Source of the DNA: Sphaeroforma arctica JP610
Taxonomy: Eukaryota
Direction of reading: 5' to 3'
Assembly: GCF_001186125.1 (NCBI RefSeq)
Contig: NW_014040514.1
Span: 156,087-192,263 of the forward strand
DNA length: 36,177 bases
Positions 11,765-23,300 of this stretch are shown here, piece after piece. A program made the translations under genes and the position numbers. The notes under the pieces were generated by a model. It ran no database searches and was not told the origin of the DNA. It saw only the letters and a program-made list of their open reading frames with translations. Numbering within the stretch: position 1 is the first letter of the stretch; the number at the start of each line of letters is the position of its first letter.

Positions 11765-12159
11765 TAGTTTTTGGTCAAAATATGGAGACATGGTGTTTTG
11801 CCACAAGCTGCTGTGCCGTTCTTTAGGAATGTGTTGTTTGTGTTCTCGACTATCATCAGATCTTGTTCAAGTAATGACAAGAATTAAGGGAACCACGTTG
11901 CGCTTGGGTAGTATGGGACGCATATTGTAATGTATGTGGCTTCCTCTATGACTTTGTCTAACACGTCTGGTATAAGTTCCCAGGGAGGATTCGCCCATGC
12001 ATTTATTTCATCTGCCCACTTTTGTAGTAGCGCGTTTTGTACTTTGGTATAGAACTTTGCGGTCTGAGCATTGTGTGCAGCTGCAAATAAATCGATGGTG
12101 AATTTTTCAAACACGCGTTCTGCATCTTGAAAACCCCGTGGAGATAGTTTCCAGTCTAT
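11765..12159 (-). pseudogene. G2 Dam-like DNA amino-methyltransferase domain within pol
   Basis: In frame with RNase H: IDWKLSPRGF...FTIDLFAAAHNAQ..KFYT...NAL.Q.W...NAWANPPW (11980-11991)...ICVPYYPSATWFP*...NTFLKNGT..CGKTP. One internal TAA. Confidence 0.85.
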
Positions 12160-12269
12160 GGCAAACACTCGGATGGGCATGTTTGTTTCTAGGTCAGTGT
12201 ATTCTTGACCATTGTGTATGTGCTCATTGGCTTCTTTCAACACATTCGATGTTTTGATGTTGAATATGT

Positions 12270-14040
12270 CTTCATGTAATCGTGACAATTTGTCAGCTAC
12301 TTCATTATCTTTGCCTGGTACATGTATGATAGTGAAGTGGTGATGTAATGTTTTCGCTATCCATTTTGCGAGCATGGGATGCAGTGTTTGTTGTTTGTTC
12401 ATCTGGCATAACGCTTTGTGATCTGTCCACAATGTTATATCACCGCTCTTGATGTATTCCGAAAAAAATTACAGACTGTATACGAGTGCTAACAACTCTT
12501 TAGTATTTGTTCCATATCTTTGTTGTGCAGGGTTGAGACCTTTTGAGAAATAGAGTATATCTCTTCTGACTCCATCTGCAATTTGGAACAGATATCCTCC
12601 TATGCCATAGTCACTTGCGTCGTTCATGATCTGAAACGGTACTCCATCTACTGGGTACGCCAAAGTTGCTGAGCATGCAATGGCATGTTTGAGTTCTTCC
12701 CATTTCTTAATGAGTTCTGGTGTCCAAGGATTGGCTATGTTCTGATTATTTTTCCTTTTATGAGATTGTGGAAGTGTTTTGTTATGTGTGTGAACTGAGG
12801 TTTGTGGTCTCGCATGTAATTTGCTAGACCGACTGCTCGATGCAATTCTTGGCAGAGGCCAGTCAATCATGCGTTTCTGTTTCTCTGGGTCTGTTTTAAG
12901 CCCTTTGGTTGTTACTTTGACGCCTAGTATGTTGACTGTCTCGACTGCAAACGCACACTTGTTGTGATTTAGCCTGAAGTTGGCAGCATTAAGTCGTTTG
13001 ATGACTTCGCGTACTGTTTGTCTATGTTCTTCCTCTGTCATACTGGCAATGACCATGCCATCTGCATATACTTGTACTCCTTTAATGTCAATGAGGAGGT
13101 TGGCCATCACGCTTTGGAATTGTGCTGTTAATGAATGTAGTCCAAATGGAGCTGACTTGAACGAGTATTGTGCTCCTCTCCATGAAAATGTAAAGAAGTG
13201 TTGGCTATTCCCATGTACTTTATAGTGATGGAAGCCTCCAGTTAAGTCCAGTTTGGAAAAGAATTGTGCACCTTGTAGGTTGTGGAGTACTTCCTTTATT
13301 TTTGGTAATACGAATTTGTCTTGTTCATGTTAATAATTTACGTCTCGTAAGTCTAAACATGTGCGTACCTTCTTTAACAGACCTGTCTGTTCAAATTCTC
13401 CTATGGGTAGTAGTGGTAGATTCACTTGTGTGGATGTTGTTCTTTTATATATGTGTCCATCTTTGACCCATTTCTGACCGTTTTCATATGTTTGTGGTAT
13501 GTATTTGTGTTGAACAAAGTTCTCTTTAGCATGACGAATGTTCTTGGCTTTGACCTCAATCTTGATATCTCTACCACTGATCCTGGTAGATTGCAGTGTA
13601 CATCTGGTGGGACCTGACCATTTTGTTCTAGCAAGTCTGAGAGTGATTTTCTAAATCTTTCCTGTTCATGTTCAGGGTCTTCTTCATGTGGTGTGAGAAG
13701 TTATTCCCACTTGGCATCTGTTGGTATCAGTGGGTTGATTATCCCTGCTAGGTATATGCCTAAGTATGGTAGGATGTCCATACCTAATAGAATTGGTGAT
13801 TTCTTGTCTGGGAGGTCAAGTACCTCAAAGCAGTTTGACGTTTTTCTACCGCCGTAATTTATATCGCATACTTCTGTGGAACCTGTGTGTTGTACTCTTG
13901 CATCGGATTGTGCGAGTTGTATGTACCCAGGTTGTGCTTTTACAGATAAATGTAGTTCAGTTACTACACTTCGGTCCATACAAGAGCGTTGTGCTCCTGA
14001 GACTACTAGTGCATTCTATGTGGTGCCATTGATTTATATG
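12270..14040 (-). pseudogene. pol: G2 protease, reverse transcriptase and RNase H
   Basis: ALVVSGA (decayed DSG); ILLGMD; FSKLDLTGGFH; VYADG (YxDD-like); NDASDYGIGGYL; ELLALV; WTDHKAL; HVPGKDNEVADKLSR. Confidence 0.92.
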
Positions 14041-14099
14041 ACTATGTGCAATCTTTGGTCTCGTGGATTCGGAAGTAAAGAAATGGGTGTGTAAGCAAT

Positions 14100-15878
14100 A
14101 TCATTCGCATTTACTAACAACGTTTCTTCACCAGTGTGTGTGTTCACAATGTCTACCATGTTTATCATGTTAGCATCCGACCGCCAAGCTTTTCATCGAT
14201 CTTCATCCATCTCTTATACCTTATTGCCATTTGTAATGGCCAACTGGTCGATATGGACGGGTTGGTTTTGTCGCGCTGCTCGAGCTTCTGCCTTAAGGCG
14301 ATTGCTTTCGCCTTTGTTGGGGCATTTGCTGAACGCATGTGGTGAAGGGTTTATACCGCAGTGTGGGCAAGGTTGTGGTCCTCGCGATGCTGGGGTGTCA
14401 TTGGCCTGTCCTATGGAACGACCTCTGCCTTGCCCTCCTGGTGGACCTCCACCTCTTACCCCCTCTTGGTGATCTCCCCCTCTTGGTGATCTCCCCCTCT
14501 TGGTGATCTCCCCCTCTTGGTGATCTCCCCCTCTTGGTGATCTCCCCCTCTTGGGGATCTCCCCCCTCTGGGTGGACCTCCTGTAGGTATTTCTAGTCTT
14601 GGGCGAGTGGCTCGTGGTTCAAGAACAGTTGCGTTTCTCGCTCGCTCGTTTTCACGCTTGCGATTAGCTTGTAGTATTGTTGCTTGTCTGATCATGTCTT
14701 TAGTGAGATCATGAAACACCTTTTCTGAGATGTCAGACAAGTGTCCACTACTACCATCTGGTTTCGTCTGAGCTTTGATCAGTTGTCCGTTTCCGCTTGC
14801 AAACCGTACATGACTAGTACTTGGTAACGTGATGCTTTGAGGAATTGCCAATTGATAGCCACTCTCTCAGTAGTGCCCTTGTAGCGCTTCTCTAACTCAA
14901 ACATTGTGCGCCGCAACCGTGCTGCCCGTACTTTAACATTCATACGAGTGTCATATAAGTCGTTGAGCCACTTCTCTAGTAGATAGTCTACTGGAATGCG
15001 ACGCAGGTTGTCAATGATTAATATATTGTAGTCTTCCACATCAGTGAAGTCTTGCCAAAGCCTTTTGGTACTACGTATATTATTGAGTCTGACTGTCTGT
15101 CTGAGCAGCTCTTGTACTAGTGAGAGGCACTGTATTAGTGGCATGTTCGTGCTCGCGAACAGGTCTTTGGCTACAGATACAAACTCAATTGTGTCACGAC
15201 AATCAGCCATGCTGACATATTTGCCTACTGGCCACTTAGGGAACTCACTCATCTTGAGTAATTTGGAAGTTCTGGTTCTGATACTTTGTCCCCTGCGTGA
15301 GATCTAATTAGAGTTAACTCGCTCATAAAACTACTAATCGCAATGCACTCATCGTGATCACTTTTGTCGCAGTTCTTCATAGCTTTATTGTGTAGCTCTG
15401 CTAACCCCTCGTCTAATACTGGTATCACTCGCTTTGGTTGTTGGTCATGAACTACTTTGCGAAGTTTGTGGAGTGCTCGTATGTCAATGGGATCGTGTGC
15501 TGTTTGTGCATACAACTTGTCTACTAGTATGTCTACTATGTAGTAGTTGCACTCATAGATGGTCTTGTCCAAGACTATGTTGTACTTACTCATCGCTGGA
15601 TCCATTGGAGCTCTTGCTGGTGTGGACTCATCGTCCATGTGCATGTTGCCTTCTCTATTGGGTGGAGTGGTGGTACGAGAAGATGTCTGTGAAACTGGCA
15701 TCGTGTCTGCTTCTACCGGTCTTGTTCTGGCAGTGCGACTTGTGCTCCCCCGTGCGTGTGTACGACTTGAGCTTACTTGTGTGCGTAGGCTCCTTCGTGC
15801 TGCGTGTGTTCGTTGGTATAGCGCAGACGTCATTGACTGTTCTGTGTGATCAGTGTTCAATGCGATGTTAAAACTCAT
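14100..15878 (-). pseudogene. gag: G2 gag (frameshifted) with zinc knuckle
   Basis: Consecutive ORF pieces 15878-15249, 15252-14779 and 14851-14456 upstream of the protease; CPHCGINPSPHAFSKC knuckle at ~14325-14372. Confidence 0.75.
14459..14560. repeat. 17-bp minisatellite x6 (CCCCCTCTTGGTGATCT) in G2 gag
   Basis: Five exact units and one variant unit counted directly. Confidence 0.95.
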
Positions 15879-16698
15879 CGTATTCCCGAACTTATAATGT
15901 GTGGTTCGTTGGTAATGCGTTTGTTCTGTGTCAAAATCGATTTGTTACCTTGATGGGGCTTCCTCCGTGGTGTGCGGTGGCTGTGATGTACGCAGCGTGT
16001 ACCCCTGTTTGATTGAATTGACCGGAACCGTGGTACCTGGGTTTATTTTGGTTTTTTTTGGTTTGAGCTGATAAACTTTGGTTTCTGTCTCGAATTTGGG
16101 TATAAACTTGGTTGTCTGGTTTAGTCTTCTTGGTTTATGGTTTTTGTGTTTTTAAAATTTCTATGATTACGAAGATGCCAAAAATTCCTGGGCTTCTGGT
16201 TTTTTATTTCGTCCTATAGTCTTATACTGTGGTTGTACCGAACTTGGTTTTGTCTCTGTGCTTGTGCAGTATGCAATGTGTTGCATTTGGTTTGTGTACT
16301 TTCTATCACTATGTAGTCTGTTGTTGTTAGCATTGATGTCTTGTTCAAGACCGTCTGTTGTCCTTGTGTACTGTGACACTTGTGGTTATTGTATTGTGAT
16401 GCCTGTGCTTCTATATAATGTTTGGCGTTGTAATTTATTCAGCTCTTGTGTTTAGGCTATGCTGTACGTTGTGTGTGTGGCTTCATACGTCGTATATGTT
16501 TCTGATGTCTATGTTCTTACGATTGTGTATCGTATTCTTGAACTTGTGTGTCTATGGACTGTTGTGTCCCTGGACCGTGGACTGTGTTCTGTGATTGTGT
16601 GTGTTGATGCCACACCAAGGTGATTTCGTACTCAATTGTTGTACTTTGTTGTCCATGGAGTGTGGATCGTGCCTCTTAACCTTGTGTACTAGAGTAGA

Positions 16699-16818
16699 GC
16701 TTGGGATTGTGGAGTACAATACAAGTTATTTCGTGTAGCGCTTGTGATTGTGGAGTGCAACCCAAGTTATTTCGTGTAGCGCTTGTGATTGTGGAGTGCA
16801 ACCCAAGTTTATTTCGTG
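16699..16818. repeat. 41-bp tandem repeat x3 in the G2 leader
   Basis: Unit GCTTGTGATTGTGGAGTGCAACCCAAGTTATTTCGTGTAGC; a diverged copy lies near 17142. Confidence 0.9.
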
Positions 16819-18550
16819 CTCTTTGATATTGACACATACTTTTTCTATGATTCGTTGCGTTTTGCTGGTCCATGTGACTTTATGTTTTAAAACTAATTTA
16901 GCCGTTTGAATTTTTGAATGTCTGTGTCCATGGATTGTGGAGTGTGTTCTCGTAGTCATTACTGTTGTTCACACTACGTTTTTATGTGCACTTTATTCTT
17001 GTAAGTGAGTGGCCCTCGCGTGTGTACTAGTCTTCCTAGTTCTCACTGTGGCCAGAATTAAGCGTGAAGTGTACGCTATTGATGGATGCTAATGTCCATG
17101 GATTGTGGACTGTGTTTTCAATTCTTAGCTACGAGTGTATAGCTTGTGATTGCGGAGTTCAACCGAACTTACTTGTTCTCTCTTTAGCTTGGGGATTGTT
17201 ACTTTGTGACTTCCCCGTAATTAGTGGTGATTTGATGGTGTAGGTGATTTTATAGTGTGAATATGATGATTTCGCTTGAGTTTGGTGTTTCTAACCTTGT
17301 TTATGTCCGGCTACTTCTTTATCCTTGTTAGTTTCTGTGCTTGTTAGACACTGGTCCACTTTAGACGTCTGTATTCTGTGTTATGTTGTGTCTCTTGGTA
17401 TGAGATCGCACGATTTCTCCTCTGAGATGTTCAGTAAGATGCTCACCAGGTATGTGTGTGTCACCAGTTTGTTTGTTTCGTGCGAGTTGTTCTTTTCTTG
17501 GCTTGACGCGTTTTGTGTGCTTAATTCGTGTCGTAGTTTTAATTGAATTATGATTTGGTATATTTCATCGTTCTACATTTATGTACATCCGTTCTTCCCC
17601 GCTAGGTGTATACGTTGTATGACAAACGTAGGTTTTTTGTGTCTGATTTGAGGTTAGCCTGTTGATAAGTGAACTATTTTTCTTGTTCACGTATTGTGAT
17701 GTGATGTATATTACGTTAACTTCTTACTTCGCTTCTCTTGTCACCGTCTTGAAGTCTGATCACGTGTCTTGTCAAGTTCGAATTTGATTCTCCGTGCTCA
17801 TAGTTTGTTTTATATGTAGCTTTGTGTTTCCTTGTTCTACTAGTTCTTCTAACTTTAGTTGTCAATTCTTTAGTAGGATCTTTATGATATATTTTATAAT
17901 GTCTGCTTTTACTTAGTTGTGATTTCATATGTACAATCTAAGTTTAGCATGCCCCTAACCCGTACTTGAGTGTTGTTGCAGGCACCGTGAATTCCTCTTT
18001 GTAATTCTCCTGTGTTTTTGTCCTCTGACTTTGGTTCTTTGTGTCTCCCTAGCCCCTCTGTAGTTGAGTGTTAGTTAGTCTGGATACGTACAGAGCTTCT
18101 TTCTCTTGATAGTCTATAAAAATAAAGAAGATATCACTGTGACACTTTCTTGAACTTTCTACGTTCCCAACTTTGAACTTTGGTTTTATCTGTATATTAA
18201 GCAAGTTGTCACTGTGACACTTTTGTGTTTTTTTAATGTCTGAACATAAACAATAAGTTGGGTGCGCTGTTTCTAACGCTTGTTTTGCCAAGAGTACTTG
18301 CCTTAGCTCACCCTAGTCTTACTTACTTGTTTTGTGGCAGTGTGATATCTTAGGACGAGCTTGGCGTCTTGGACACTTAATCTTTTCGGTGAAGTTTCTC
18401 TTGTTCTTCCCTACTTCCTGTTGTGTTCTCCGTCCCTCCCTCTGATTGTTCTGCGGCTTCGATATCAAGTAGTCTTCAAGTTCTATCATTCTAGTTTTGT
18501 TAATATTCTTAACTATACTAGACTTACCGTGGTAAAGATATTGTTAAAAA

Positions 18551-18883
18551 TGTAGAGTTTGAGAGTAGTCCATAAGGTACGACCAGAAGAAACAATAGAT
18601 CTCTTCTCAAGTGCGAATCCTACAGCTAGGTAAAAGTCTTAGGCTGAAGGACTCGCATTGAGTCTTGTTTGGTGTTTAGTATTTTCTACACTAGACCCAA
18701 TATTTGCTTAAGTGTTTCTCTCACACGCGGGAGTCCCGGTATCATCTACAGGTATTCCCGTTATATGTCTGATCACTCTATCATCAGAAATATTGGATCC
18801 TAGATCCAAAACTCAGTATTTGATGATCCTGGGTTTTGGGTTTAGGATTGGTTTCTCTGATAATATGGCCCCTGGATGCTACA
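18551..18883 (-). repeat. G2 5' LTR (333 bp)
   Basis: Direct repeat of 9699-9980, followed by TSD TGGA. Confidence 0.95.
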
Positions 18884-20837
18884 TGGATCAACTGCATCCG
18901 CGCACTATTTGAGAGGGTCCCTACCCGAGTGACATTCCGCGACAAAAGCTCTCGCCTATATTTCATAGAACGAATGGCATCCTACAAGGCTGAATCGTTG
19001 GCCCCCAGCTCTGTATTGTCTACATGGATTCCTTGGCTGTCACGCTACCACAGTTCCGGCCCAAGCTTCCCCAGTCTTATCTATTTATCGACGACACACG
19101 GATCCAAGCCCCCCAACCGGTTCCACTCCAGCCCTTCTTAGACGACATTGATGCATGGGGACACAAATATGGCCTCGAACAGGGTGTCATCAAACTCTGG
19201 GTACGATCTACTGACTTGCGACCCGCGGCGCCAACCCTCCGCATAAAAGGTGAGCTTATCATACCGACGCTCGCCGATGCATCTTGGAACACACGTTACC
19301 TCCCCCCTGAAGATATTACCCGGAGTTCCCACTCCCCCACGAAATATCAGGGATCAATCTCGCCAGACATGGAATCCCTGATTGCAGCATTGTCTCTTGG
19401 TATCGCCTCCTTCCGCGCTTATGGCTTCCGTGGCTTCAGCTGGCGACACCCCTGCAATCGGCTGGTGCTGTTCAAAACATTCATTTTATCCACGGCTACA
19501 TATGGCCTGAACATTCTTGTCTGGGCTCCGCCTATATGGAAGGATGCGTTGGACCTCCTGTTCGAGCGCTATAACTCAGCACTCATACAAACAGCAGCCA
19601 TCATCACGGGCACTAAATATTCTAGGTTTTCCAAACATAAAAAGAACTTACTCCACTTTTGTGGCCTGCTCCCCACACGACCATTCGCGGACTACCTCGG
19701 AGGTTGCCTGGGAATACAACTCGACTCAATGGCCAGCATAAACCCACTCACCCCTCTGACGCAACCCGCCTGGGCCCACAACAAACCATCATTGCGCTTC
19801 CCGTACAGTATCTATGCCTACCTGAAAACTGTATACAAAACCACGGGCGGGCACACACCCGACCATGTAGCCATCCGCCGACGCTGTGACGACATTAGGA
19901 AAAACTCAACGAAACGATGGTCCAACAAGGAGATCGCGGCAGTTACCCGGCGCCAATACTACTACTAACTGGTCATGGGCAAATTGCCAACCTCAAATCG
20001 GGACAAAGCCAGACACGACTGCTTCAATCGCTGCTTCGAGCCTACACCAATCCGGCTATGTGCTGTCGATAGTTGTAACAAATACGTACATGTTGTATTC
20101 ACATTGATCGACTACCGCACCGACGGCTGTCTCTGCCCTGTCTGCCCCGGTGGCCCCAAATTCACCACCAGCCGCTTAACCTGCGCCCAGGAACTGATCC
20201 GACACACCCTGGTAGGTCCAAAACTGCTTCCCATTGGCCCCGACCTCTTCCAGCAATCACAGGGGCGCCAGGATTTCTACGGTATCTGGACCCTTTACAA
20301 ACACCTGGTATCCTTTCTAGCATGCAAAACAGCCTCCGTACCCACACTTGTCTCTGACACATCAACAAATGTTCCCCATACCCCGGCTAATCACGCTGTT
20401 GAAGTACTACTTCCAAATTTCGGTCTAAACCAAGTCATCGCGTCTGTTGATTCCGCCTATGATACTTCCGATCCAGGTCAACCAGCACATACCGAGTGCA
20501 TCCGTGGTCTGGTGCGGTATCGGTTCACTCCCAAACTCGCTCCTCAACCGAATTATGATGGATAACCTGGTCCTACTCGACATTTCGTACTCTGCACTAA
20601 CCCTTTCCACGGCACTACACGGTGCAGACCCGGTTCGTACCACAACACAAGGTGGGCACTCTACTTAGTAGGTCAGCAAGCGAATACGTGGCACACTCGA
20701 TGATGTCAGTTTTTTGTCAGCACCAGCCTGAATTGACCCAACGCATATCCTCCGTCGTCGACTCACTTGGCCCAAACTTCAAACGTGAATTTACTAACCA
20801 CTTCTTCTCATCGATCTTTCCCGAACCTCTACAATGA
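18884..20837 (+). pseudogene. Non-LTR RT ORF, C-terminal part (RT, thumb, Cys-rich region, extension)
   Basis: ORFs 19024-19968 and 19975-20565 in the same frame, separated by one stop; FIDD; LFKTFILSTATYG; CPVC. Confidence 0.8.
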
Positions 20838-20902
20838 CTGTGAGGGCATACCATATGTACAAACATTGTAACTTATCTCTTTTGAAATAAATATTATTAT
20901 CT

Positions 20903-21031
20903 CTATTTACACTCCAGAAGTCGACCATTAGCAATCCTGTTGGCCAACACAAAAGTGGCGCGCCAAAAGGTCAACGAAAGATTTTCGGAAACGGTTGTTG
21001 AGGTTTCTCAATCAGAGGTAGGCGGTTTTAA
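20903..21031 (-). repeat. G1 5' LTR, right part
   Basis: CTATTTAC...AGCAATCCTGTTGGCCAACA...ATCAGAGGTAGGC...GGTTTTA matches 3883-4018. Confidence 0.85.
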
Positions 21032-22474
21032 TATCTATTTTTCTGCTCGACTATTGGTTTTTAAATACGATTAACATCATATACTACACTCCTGCCCCAA
21101 GCATCTGTATAGTAATCATTTTCAAGTTTTGAATCCTATCGATTGTAATGAGCTCATTAGACCATTGTATAGTAGTCATGTTGTACGTTTGGACTGCCGG
21201 GCTGCTTCTTGCAAAATGTGCTGGTCAAAAACATAGTCACGGGGCAAGAGTCACAGAATAGTCAATTTTGTGCTCAATGAACACCATTAGATGCTACATA
21301 GGCTGCTAATTAGCAGAACGTGTATATCATCATCACGTCCTTACAAGTGATATCACCAACTACCCCTTTGACAATACTAATACTAGTGTGGTGGAAACAA
21401 TGACGAATCCACAACAGGTCAGCTCGGCCCATTTGACTAAATTTATCTACTCAATAGACTTCCAAGTAGCGCAGGGTCGCGAGCGAGAAAAGTGTGGTAC
21501 ACACAGTATCACAAAGTAAGTCGGCAACAACATGGGCCAAAGGAAGATATAGATCAAAACCGAGTAGGGATAAACGTACACAAGCAAACACATATATAGA
21601 TTCTATACAGCCGTGTGGACAAAGTACCCTAGACGGAGATTTAGGATCGTGCTAGAGGACCGGACCTATACGAAAATTTTAGGACTGGACCAGAGAACCA
21701 GACTTAAGTGAATTATTACAGGACCGCCTCAAAGGATGAATCTTCGGACGTCATCATAATTTAGTAACTAAGAGACCAGAACCATAGATATAAGTATTTT
21801 CACAATCACCCGTTGTTAGAGATAATTTTGCCCCATATAGGAACGTGATAAATAAATACAGCAGGCGCGCTATCCAAAATGGCACTTCCGACCGAGTTCA
21901 CTTATTTCAGACTTAACACTTTTTACTAAGCGTACTCGGTTTGTACTACAGACATATCCCGATGCATTAGTTGCAGTCGAATCGTGCGGTTATCGTGGTC
22001 CGTGCAAGTATCTCATCCATCCATAACTACGACCAATTCTCACATATTTAAATTTATTGCGTATCTTAGCAAAATGTGCTCTCTAGATAGCACTAACATC
22101 CAACCCGTCCGTCTCACTACATTCAACTCTAGGTTTCAACAATCACGTATTCAGATACTTCTGCTGGGAATGTATAGACATCACTAGGGTGGTATTTAGG
22201 TCTCCCTTTTTTATTGTGTAAAAAGTAGACCCCTTTGCGGTGATAGATTATGATCTAGCTGCCACGCAACAAGGCGGAAGTGACAACAATGGCAAAACTG
22301 GTGGTTCAGGTGGAACATATAGCAATGATAGTGGTGGAAACAATGAAATAATGGCTCCAATGGTCAAGACAGCGATAATGATTCATCGGATGATGACGAT
22401 GAGAATGTAGGAGGGGGGCAACAATCTAACCAACGAACAGAAAACCCATGTCAGCAGGCACGTCGGCAGCCTCC

Positions 22475-22536
22475 ATAAAGTTCGAACAACCCAGGTGGCG
22501 GTTCAATAAAGTTCGAACAACCCAAGTGGCGGTTCA
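22475..22536. repeat. 31-bp tandem repeat x2
   Basis: ATAAAGTTCGAACAACCCA(G/A)GTGGCGGTTCA occurs twice in tandem. Confidence 0.9.
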
Positions 22537-22916
22537 TCGCACGAACAAACCCTCCATTAAAGGTATCAATCTCAAAATCAAGGACCACCTGCTGATTTAT
22601 AGTATAGGCAAGCAGAACTTCGGCAGGTCAAGCGACTTATTGTAGAATTGGAAGATCACACCGAAGAAGTACACAAAAGAATAAGACTGGTGCAAGAGAA
22701 AAAAATCAATACCATATATTGAGCTGTGTTAACCGGCTACATACGCATTGGCTATAAAATGAGAGCTATAATAGTGGCTACAGAAAAGAAACTCTTAACA
22801 CCGTAACAATAATATTTCAAAAAACAAAAAGCAATGGGAAACCCCAAGAGACCTATTTATTTAAATTCATACACATATTTACAAGCAGTCAAAAGTCAAA
22901 CCCGAAAGCATATTTT

Positions 22917-22972
22917 AAAAAAACAAAAAAACAAAAACAAAAACAAAAACAAAAACAAAAACAAAAACAAAA
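22917..22972. repeat. (CAAAAA)n simple repeat
   Basis: Directly visible in the sequence. Confidence 0.95.
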
Positions 22973-23199
22973 TTCATAGCCCTCTAAATTGAACAAGTCA
23001 AACATCCTAGCCAATTCTATTTTTGGGGTACATTTTTTAGAGACTTGACAAACAACCTGGAAAACCAAATAATGTACCCTTTATTAAAATGATCTTCATT
23101 TAATGCCAGAATTTGTATACATAATAGATAGCAACACTTAAATAAACGCTTCTTTGAAGCTTGCATTAGCATAAACATGGATACACTCACGTTGGGTGA

Positions 23200-23300
23200 T
23201 ATTGACACTTCATGCAAGCGATACAACACACTCGGTATTTTGCCATATGAATGGGGATATTGTAGTAAATGCGAACAGGTGTGGCACATATATTGTTTAA
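23200..23300 (+). pseudogene. Partial PHD-finger-like remnant
   Basis: SCKR...EWGYCSKCEQVWHIYCL fits C-x2-C-x4-H-x2-C; the first and last ligand pairs are incomplete. Confidence 0.45.

Larger units (their letters stand above)
9699..18883 (-). mobile_element. Full-length Ty3/Gypsy chromovirus-like LTR retrotransposon G2 (9185 bp; gag-PR-RT-RH-MTase-IN-chromodomain), decayed
   Basis: LTRs 9699-9980 and 18551-18883 (TGTAG...CTACA); 4-bp TSD TGGA (9695-9698, 18884-18887); PPT-like GTTGGGGGGC; Gypsy domain order. Confidence 0.95.
9620..20902 (+). mobile_element. 5'-truncated non-LTR retrotransposon (LINE-like), interrupted by G2
   Basis: Removing G2 and one TSD copy joins ITKAYDKVALPRLWVLLRHHGIPKNW|INCIRALFE in frame; then GILQG*..GP.L...YMD and YLFIDD (non-LTR RT motifs); C-terminal CPVC...FTTSRLTC knuckle; 3' end AATAAA plus TATTATTAT tail. 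Confidence 0.85.
3751..21031 (-). mobile_element. Ty3/Gypsy LTR retrotransposon G1 (old, degenerate); 5' LTR split by nested insertions
   Basis: 3' LTR 3751-4018 (TGTAAA...TTTACA); 5' LTR 9545-9619 plus 20903-~21031; PPT-like GGATGGGGAT beside the 3' LTR; internal RT-RH-MTase-IN remnants. Flanks TATTT and TATCT may be a decayed TSD. Confidence 0.85.

Noticed and set aside
10290..15871. Plus-strand ORFs antisense to G2 gag/pol
   Set aside because: Shadow ORFs of the minus-strand coding sequence with no motifs of their own.
14459..16818. CRISPR-like arrays
   Set aside because: The repeats are head-to-tail with no unique spacers, there are no cas genes, and the context is eukaryotic TE sequence.
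21040..22720. Possible host gene (Gly/Asn/Asp-rich coding-like stretch near 22261-22480)
   Set aside because: No sustained ORF, recognisable domain or convincing splice structure; left unannotated.
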